Assembly: GCF_009914755.1 (NCBI RefSeq)
Contig: NC_060926.1
DNA from: the human T2T-CHM13v2.0 reference genome, Homo sapiens
Reading direction: 5' to 3' (one strand)
Length of the DNA: 64,000 nt
This document shows, one piece after another, positions 41,216 through 64,000 of this stretch. Every line of letters starts with the position of its first letter. Position 1 is the first letter of the stretch. The notes below the pieces were generated by a model that was not told the DNA's origin, ran no database searches, and saw only the letters and a list, made by a program, of their open reading frames with translations. The position numbers and the translations under genes are program-made.

Positions 41216-43397
41216 AACTGTAGACCTGAAAATGTCTTTCAGAACCCATTTCATCTGGACCCTTCTCTCTGTGTCAACATTGCTGTGAGCGGTGTCTGTG
41301 GGATTTTTCTGGACGTTCTCTGCCATGCCCCTGCTCCTTCCTTCCTGCCTTCTGGAAGGCACCCCTGCCAGGAGTCGGCTGCATTAAAGTGGGTGTTTCA
41401 GGGGTGTCTTCCTTTACTCTCTTCTCACTGATTTCCAGCTATCCCTGTGTCTCTTGTTTAATGAGTGCCTTCACCCATATCCTTAAACCCACCAGGGCGA
41501 CCTTCCTGCCCCTTTCTTTGGAGCGCTGTATCTGTATTTCCAGTGGAGACACAGACTGTTCCTTAGATCCTATTAACCCTCCGAGCTCTCTCTCTTCAAG
41601 CCAGGCTCATTTCTGGCTTGGCCAATCTGCCTCCTCCCGTGTCCTTTCCATGACACGGTGATGGCATCACCAGCCAGTCACCAAGCTAGAACAGTCCCTT
41701 CACCCGGCCCCTACTGTAGGAGGATACTTTTAGAGTGTGTCTGCAATTCACCCCCACTCTCCGTATCTACTTCTGTGGCCAAAGTGTGGACCTTGATTTC
41801 CTCTGGCCCCAGCTGAATTAACCCACCTCTCTGGGCCTGGTTCTCTTTTCACTAAACATTCTCCACATTGCTGCCAGAGCTATTTTTCTAAAATACACGT
41901 CAGACCACATTCTTCTCCTCCTTATTTAAAAACAAAAAATAAAAAAAATAAAAAACCAAGAAACAAACAAAAAACCCACCCTACCGTGGCTCCTCAGTGT
42001 GTAGAGATCAGATTCAAGTTCCATGAGATGGTCTTCAAGATCCTTGGCCATGTGACCCCGTCCTGCTATCCCAATCCCATTCCCATTCCCATCCCCAGCC
42101 TCCCCACCTCATCCAACTCCAGCCACATTGGATCACCCCAGGAGAGGATGTCATGTATTAGTACTCTGGTGCCTTTGAGTCAAAACTCACTGTTTTGCCA
42201 GTTCAGAGGTTGAGCCCTTTTTGAAGAATCCCCTCTTCTTCCACAGCCCAGGTAAGTTCTACCCCAGGCATAATGAGCTGTTATCCCCCTGGGATCTGAG
42301 GGCATTCAGAATACCAACACAATGCTCTCCAGATACCTCTATGCTATTCAAATCCATGCATCTCACACCTGCTCATCTTAAAATCTCTGTGCCTCACATG
42401 CAGGAAGAATTCAAATGATGCTGATTGAAAAAACATTGTGTCCAATATTAGATGAAGTATGTAAATATCAAGGCAAGAATCTGCACTTTTTGTCTGTCTA
42501 TTGCTTGTTTGCACAATAGAGCCACATGGTTTATTATAAAAAATTATTATAATGTATGCTGTTTAAGCTCAGATCACTTTGCACTAATGATGATGATAAT
42601 GATGAGTTAGAATTTTTTTTCTTTTCTTGCCATGGGATCTGCCAGGTTTTAAGAATTCTTTTTTATTCTAAACCAAATTCAGGAGCACTCCCAAAGACAA
42701 GAAATCAAATTTAGGCCACTGATGGTACCAACGGAAGGCTATCACTGTGTAGCTATACAAAATGAAGCCAATCTTCATGGATTTTAAGCACTTTGATAAG
42801 CTTTTATATCTCTGTTCATCTCCTTTACCTCCATAGACAACACAAAATAACAGAATAATCAACCAATAGCAACGTAATCCCATCACAACAACATCAAAAA
42901 TGAGAATTCATATGATTCAGTAATTTCCTAAGCCAGAACTTCCCACCTGATGTGCTGGGGAAGTGAGAGGGTGAGGACTGCTTTCCCCAGCCCTTGGGGT
43001 GACTGGGCAGATCCTGTCTGGTGTGAGCAGTCAACCCTACTGATTACATCATTTTGGGTGCTATGTGTGATAAAGGTTGACAACCACTGTCCTAAGCCAT
43101 TCTACCATTTAAATAACAGACTGAATTCTCCCAAGTTATGTTCTTACTTGCCTTAGGAAGGAAATTAGTATTATGACTCTAAGGATCCTGAACACATGAT
43201 CTAAAAAAAGAAAAACCCAAACCACAATGGCAAAGGTAGGTGAGACAGAGTGTTTAGAAAAATAGCGAATACTGTACTATTAATTACTCCCAATTCTCCC
43301 TAATCCATGATTTTTAAAGAGCGGGTGGAGCATAACGATTTGAGGCACTGCGACAATGCAGAATGGGGAGGGTTTTTGGAAAATGTGACTCATTCAC

Positions 43398-43550
43398 CGT
43401 TCCGACCAAAGGGTAAATGAACCCAGCGTCTGTGCTGACCCGGACATCACTGATAGGTAAGATGAAGTCCCTTGGCACACCTTTTTTGTCAGGTTGGTGA
43501 GACAGAGAAAGGTCGGTCTTTGCCATGCAGATGGGCAAATTTCCAAAACC
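43398..43550 (-). pseudogene. MTHFD1L: MTHFD1L-derived exon (153 nt, phase 0/0)
   Basis: tttcttacag|GGTTTTGGAAAT...GTCGGAACG|gtgaat; encodes [12 protein letters not shown]...[10 protein letters not shown]. Confidence 0.93.
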
Positions 43551-44244
43551 CTGTAAGAAAGGAAAGAAAATGTGTTCACTGATATAGATGTGAGTCTCCT
43601 ATGTTTTTCAATTTGCACTTTATACAGTCTCGGCAGCAATGGTATGCCAGCTCAGATCTAGGCACACGCAGGAGCTGCTTGTTACTACTTGTTCACTGAA
43701 CAAGCAAGAAGGTGAGGATAAAAACTCATCTCCATGTGATGACTGTTTAGTAGGTCAAGGGTGACTTTTGTTTATTTTGGAGGTTCTCGTTAAGAGAAGG
43801 CAGTGTTATGTGCATGTTTGGGAAAAACATTGCTATTTTCAGGCAAAGCAGCAGCTGTAGAAACCGCTTTCCAAGACTATTAATATCCGGGACCCAGCAA
43901 GGTAGTCTGGAGAAAGGCTCTGCGACTAGGCTCTTAGTCATGTTGTTCACTCATTCTGGAGTCAGTCAAGAAGCAAAGGGTTCCTTTGTGTTGGTTCATG
44001 AATCATGGTTATTTGATCTGCAACTACATTACAAGAACTAAGATGAGGTCACTATTTAAGCTTCTTGTTTTTAAGGACCAAAGTCTATGTCTGACCCAGA
44101 GTTCCAAAGGTGAAAGAGCAGGAAGTCACACGTGGTGTCTCACAAAAAGCACAGTGTCCTCGAAGCCTGTTTCTGATTAAATGGCACATAGTGTTCCTTT
44201 AGAGGCTTTGCTAATTCATTGCAACCACATACTTGGCACTAACT

Positions 44245-44375
44245 TTAAAAAAAATAAAAATAGAGATGGAGGTTTTGCTATGTTGCTCAGAGTGGTCTCA
44301 AACTCCTGGCTTCAACTGATCCTCTGCCTTGCCCCCACAAAGTGCTGGGATTAGAGGTGTGAGCACCGTGCCTGG
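44245..44375 (-). mobile_element. FLAM/Alu monomer
   Basis: tagagatggaggttttgctatgttg...caaaagtgctgggattagaggtgtgagcaccgtgcctgg. Confidence 0.8.
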
Positions 44376-45890
44376 TTGACACGACTTTTAAGGAGTATTT
44401 CCTTGATAGAGATAAAGGGAATGAAATCTTTAGTCAAATTTTCATAAGACTTAGCCTAAAACTATTTGGAAGATCTTAGAGTCTTAACTTAGGGAGGACT
44501 TGGGCTTGGGGCCATTTTCTTTTTGAAATCTCCACTCTTCTATACTGATAAGAATTTTGCTGAGTGAGAATCACAACTGCCTTTCAGAATGATGCCAGAA
44601 TTTTGAATTTCAGACATGGTTAAATATTAAAGTAATTTCTATAGGTTTGCTAATGTAAAAATTTTGTCAGTAGGCATATTAAAAAGAAACAGAAACCAAC
44701 CAGTATGCTATATACTGTCACCAGATTACTTCATAAAAGAAATAACATTTTAACACTGAAAGGAGAAAAGACTTAATATTACAATAAATGATAGTCTTAA
44801 ATATCATTATTAAAAACTCAGGGGAAAAACAAACAAAGCAATCTCATGAGAATGACCTTATTTTACTTGGTTCATTGCACATGAATGAAAACTTCACCAC
44901 AATGCCTAGGCACAGAGCAGTGCTTGGGAATCCTTTTTGTAAAGGGTAAGCCAAGAACATCAGGGAAAATTCTAAGAATTTAGAACTTTCTGAGTTCCTA
45001 TTTTACCAAACCTAGGAGAACAAATACCCTGGCTGGCAATGGTAGCATTTAACAAAATTTCAAATGGGTTTACAAAAAAGAGTAAGGAGTTGGAGATTGT
45101 TTTTAAAGATAAGGTCAACACTACCAATCATGAAGCTCTTTAGCCAGCAGGCTCTTAAAATGTTCTGACTTCTATCTATCTGATTACACCAAAGTAGGAG
45201 GGACACTGGAGGCACATGGTCCTTTTGGTAAAAGTTGGCTGAGCCTCCTGTAATGGAGTTGATTCATCATGACTGTCACTGGACTAGGTGATGACACATG
45301 CTGTCAGATCATAGCCACCTTCCCAGCTGTTTGCCTACTTGCCTTTCTCAGTGGCTAGAGGTAGAAGATAATGGAGCCTTCAACCTCAGTGGACCAGCTC
45401 AGTAAAAAGCCAATGAACCGCTTGCATAAGAACAGCAAACATTCCCATCTTTATAGGCTGCACTCCTATCTGCCTACCCTGGCACCTTGCTAGCATTTTT
45501 AAGGTAGTAAGAGGCCTGTAAGGAAGAGGAAGCATTGCAATTCATCTAAATCTGACTCCGCAGCTCTACTCCAAAGGATAGTTTCAACATTCTGGGCTGA
45601 GTGGGAGGGATGAAAGATCACACATCACCTACAAACAGGGATACCACCCATATCAGACACATTTATAGTCACAGAAGTAAATGATGCATGGATCAGAGGA
45701 TACATGCCTCACCATAAAGTTCTAAATATAGTCTGCACTCTACCCGAGGATATTACTTTCATCTTTGTTAACCAGAAAATAGATTAAGCAAAGGTTAGCT
45801 GGTGAGACATGTACAAATCCTCAAGTCAAGCTGAGTATTCTGAGAGCCTAAGGTGAATTTTTTCTTTTCCCTTAAAAGTACAACTTTTAC

Positions 45891-45998
45891 CTGCTGAGTG
45901 TAACGATCTATTTTGACTTGTGCCTCAGGACAGAGTTCGATATCTTTGGCTCCACAGACAGCCTGGGCAATGGTCCTTATCTTGTCCACAATTGGAAG
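45891..45998 (-). pseudogene. MTHFD1L: MTHFD1L-derived exon (108 nt, phase 0/0)
   Basis: tttctgcag|CTTCCAATTGTG...ACTCAGCAG|gtaaaa; encodes [12 protein letters not shown]...RYTQQ. Confidence 0.93.
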
Positions 45999-46277
45999 CT
46001 GCAGAAACACAAATTATAACAAAATTGTGTAAGTTTAATCTGGTTAAAGATTTTTTAAAAAGTTTAGTGACACTTACTGTAATTGCTTAAAATTCCCTTA
46101 TCAGGGTACCCCCTCAGCAACTGCAGGATTCCTTGCAAACCCTCTTTTTTCCTTTTAGCACCCTAAAGCACTGAAATTTTCAGTGTCAGAATAGATCAGA
46201 TGTCAAATAGCAAATAAGCCTTAGGTGTTCAGGCAATTTAGAGGCTGCTTAGAGCCCACGTAGAATCTGCAGAGGGA

Positions 46278-46571
46278 GGCCGGGCACAGTGGCTCACACC
46301 TATAATCCCAGTACTTTGGGAGGCGGAGGCGGGTGGATTACCTGAGGTCAGGAGTTCGAAACCAGCCTGACCAATATGGTGACACCCTGTCTTTACTAAA
46401 AATCCAAAAAAACTAGCTGGGCTTGGTGGTGCATGCCTGTAATCCCAGCTACTTGGGAGGCTGAGGCAGGAGAATCACTTGAACTGGGAGGCAGAGACTG
46501 TGGTGAGACAAGATTGTGCCACTGCACTCCAGCCTGGGTGGAGTGGGACTCCGTCTCAAAAAAAAAAAAAA
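46278..46571 (+). mobile_element. AluSx
   Basis: Full dimer; TSD aatctgcagaggga on both sides. Confidence 0.94.
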
Positions 46572-47724
46572 TCTGCAGAGGGAAGAGGGAAGTTAGTGCC
46601 TTACAGAGGGCTTCTGACTAGGAAGCCCCAGGACTGCGGCTGACCCCTTCCTCTCCCTGCCTCACCCCTGCAGAAAGATCTGCAGAAAAAGCTGGAAGGG
46701 GTGGGACGGTGTGTGTAGGGGTGGGGACTGGGGCTATGCAGTTTCCAGACCTGGTCTTTGGCACCCTCTACAGGACAGTTCCATTCCCACACCTGAGCTT
46801 TGGGCAACTGAATCCTATGCCCCTTCCCATCCATGGAACCTGGTGCCAGAAATTCCCAGGACTTACCCACTGTCCACCACGCCACATAGCAAGTGTCCTC
46901 AGTGTCTGCAGACCAGAAACAACTCCCTTGTGTCTCAGCACTTGGCCACCTGCTGAAACCCCAAACTGCCTGCCCCATTGTTTGAGACCCAGTCAGGCCT
47001 TGGCTCCAAAAGTCCTCTTGGACTGCCGCTGGCCCCCAGGGTCTCTCCTGACTGCACCTCGGTCCCAGAGCTCCCACGCCGCTGGGCCCCGAGCCCCATG
47101 CCCCGATCCAGCTGTGGCTCCTTTATGGGGGCTTTGCTGGCCTTTCCTAAGGGAGGTGTTTTCCCGAGGGCAGGTGGACTGCTCCTCAGACTAGGGGCCC
47201 TTGGAGGGCCAGGCCTGGGCTTCTACCTCCTCTCGCAGGCTGGTGTTTCTCTGCAAATATGGCTCGTGTGTCCTCCTTCCTCTCAGACTGGGGACCCCTG
47301 AGGACTGGGCCTGAGTTCCCCTCTCCCCCTTCAGAATGGGGGTTCCCTGAGGACTGACCCAGGGCTTCCCCCCGTCCCCTCCATCTGGCTGTTAATCTCC
47401 AACACTTCCACCTCCAGTCCTATTCTGCACAGCTCTCCCCAGCGCTGGGGGCTCAGAGGCCTCTTCAGCCTTCCCCAGGGCTGGGGCTCAGGGAGGGCTT
47501 CCTCAGGCCCTGGCCCCAGAGTCAGCCTGCACATTGGCTTGGAGGACAGGCCTTTCCTCTGGGACTGTGAGGCCCAGAGTGCCCACCCAGAACTCCACCT
47601 CTGACCTCACAAAGGCCTGCTTCAGAACTCGGTCTCCACGGCACTGCTGGCCGGACGAGGGATGTTATTTTGGGCAGTGCATCTGAACTTGGTTCAAGTG
47701 GCACCAGCCAAACCCCTGCCTTAC

Positions 47725-47737
47725 TGACCTCTCCCCT
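47725..47737 (-). promoter_or_regulatory. DR1/PPAR response element in the AQP7-type proximal promoter
   Basis: tgacctctcccct = AGGGGA-G-AGGTCA on minus, ~50 bp upstream of exon 1; AQP7 is a known PPAR-gamma target. Confidence 0.7.
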
Positions 47738-47786
47738 GGAGGAGCAGGAGGAGCGCTCGAGGCCGCCCTGGGAGGGCTGAGAGGCA

Positions 47787-47934
47787 GGCTCTGGACTGGG
47801 GACACAGGGATAGCTGAGCCCCAGCTGGGGGTGGAAGCTGAGCCAGGGACAGTCACGGAGGAAGAAGATCAAGATGCGCTTTAACTGAGAAGCCCCCAAG
47901 GCAGAGGCTGAGAATCAGAAGACATTTCAGGAGA
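47787..47934 (+). other. AQP7B: AQP7-paralog exon 1 (5' UTR; start approximate)
   Basis: ggctctggactggggacacagggatagctgagcc...gacatttcaggaga|gtgagt matches the AQP7 mRNA leader as recalled. Confidence 0.8.
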
Positions 47935-48587
47935 GTGAGTGGGGCTCCAGGCAGGGTGGGGATGGGGCAGCCTCCTCAGTGCCCAGATCTGGAAGGGCCA
48001 TTCCCTGGGTACCATACAGTGAGGAGGTGACTGAGGGATTGTTTGGGGAAGGAGCCCTGGCTGGGAGTGGAAGTCCCGGCTTTCTTGTTATGGTGCAGTC
48101 CTGTGTTGCTGTGTGACACAGGCACATACACCTTCTCTCTGGGCCTCAGTTTCCTTACCTGTAAGTTGGTTGTTGGGAGGACCAGCAGTAGAGCAGAGAT
48201 GGCAGGGATGCACTGGGCTGGACTATCAGCAGACCATGGGGGTGGGACGAAGAGAGAGCTGAAGACCACCAGCAGTGGACCACAGGGGGAGGCGTGCAGG
48301 CAGGAGACGGGTCAGCTGCCGGCTTGCTGGAGTCATTCCTCCCATGCAGTCCCCTCCTGAGGGGCTGGAGCTGGGGCTGGAGGGTTTCAGCAGTCAGGGC
48401 TGGAGATAAGAGTCTGTGCTGGAGCTAGAGGGAACTGGGCTAGATAATCAGGAGGACAGACAGGGTGAGGGGACTTCGGGCTACCTTCATGCTGTCAGAG
48501 ATAAAGATAGGAGTACAAAGGGGAATTTTTGGGTGAGGTACACGGGTGAAATGAGTTTTCAGGGCCTCATCCTGTGTGTTCACCTTC

Positions 48588-48633
48588 TGTGTGTGTGTGT
48601 GTGTGTGTGCATGTGTGCATGTATGTGTGTGTG
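48588..48633 (+). repeat. (TG)n microsatellite, imperfect
   Basis: tgtgtgtg...gcatgtgtgcatgtatgtgtgtgtg. Confidence 0.9.
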
Positions 48634-49046
48634 CAGGTCCTGGACAGTCGCAGCTTAAGTTAGCAGCAAGAGGGATTGAGGTTAAAGGTGTAGCACGCAA
48701 ATATGAGGCTGGAGCCACTGAGTAGAGGCTGAGGGCATCTCCACAGTCCAAAGCTGGGCTGCAGACAGGGAAGGTCAGGAGGAGCACTGGAGGGTCTGGC
48801 CTGGGGTTGGGGTCCTGGGGCCAGCATGGGTGGGGTGGGGCTCCAGGACGTCACCTCATTGGCTGAGCACCACTCCTCCCTCCCTGTTGCTTGGCTGGGC
48901 TAAGGGAGTGGCACTAGCAGGAGCTGCCCCAGGGCTTCTCCCCTGGGGACCAAGGTCTGATGGAAGTGTGGGGCCAAGTTCTGTGTCCTCCAGCCCTAGT
49001 GACCTCTCTTTGGCTCCTCAGCATCTACAAATCTGAAGGACAAAAC

Positions 49047-64000
<14,954 letters not shown>

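Larger units (their letters stand above)
43398..45998 (-). pseudogene. MTHFD1L: Unprocessed partial duplicate of MTHFD1L (formyltetrahydrofolate synthetase C-terminal region): two exons and the intron between them
   Basis: The two exons splice in frame to [36 protein letters not shown]|[51 protein letters not shown]. No other MTHFD1L exons seen. The symbol names the parent gene. Confidence 0.92.

Noticed and set aside
46278-46571. AluSx as the recombination junction between the two duplicons
   Set aside because: An intact TSD on both sides indicates a simple insertion.
46601-48360. Several overlapping 100-160 aa ORFs in the GC-rich upstream region
   Set aside because: No recognisable domain; expected by chance in GC-rich promoter-proximal DNA.

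Overview
Primate (most likely human) pericentromeric DNA, not prokaryotic. Bases 1-~31,536 are one uninterrupted, single-orientation array of diverged ~171-bp alpha-satellite built from two alternating monomer populations. Mixed A/B-type (SF5-like) blocks lie at ~1-2,150 and ~8,880-19,870; the second carries nine core-intact CENP-B boxes. A-type-only blocks without boxes lie at ~2,150-8,880 and ~19,870-31,536. The array ends at a 1.6-kb L1PA ORF2 fragment truncated at both ends (31,539-33,172, minus). Beyond it is a repeat-rich segmental-duplication mosaic: a two-exon MTHFD1L fragment (minus, 43,398-45,998) head-to-head with the promoter and exons 1-6 of an AQP7 paralog (AQP7B/AQP7P type, plus, from ~47,787 to the window edge). 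The paralog's spliced frame is open throughout the window. I see no evidence of a new enzymatic or defence system. The most interesting signals are architectural: the CENP-B-box block flanked by a ~2-kb satellite direct repeat, a fossil 9-mer duplication, an open AQP7 paralog with a templated in-frame insertion and a GC donor, and a long inverted repeat in its intron 2. Comparisons with parent genes and repeat subfamilies are from memory and need alignment. Almost all ORFs in the track are satellite or Alu artefacts.
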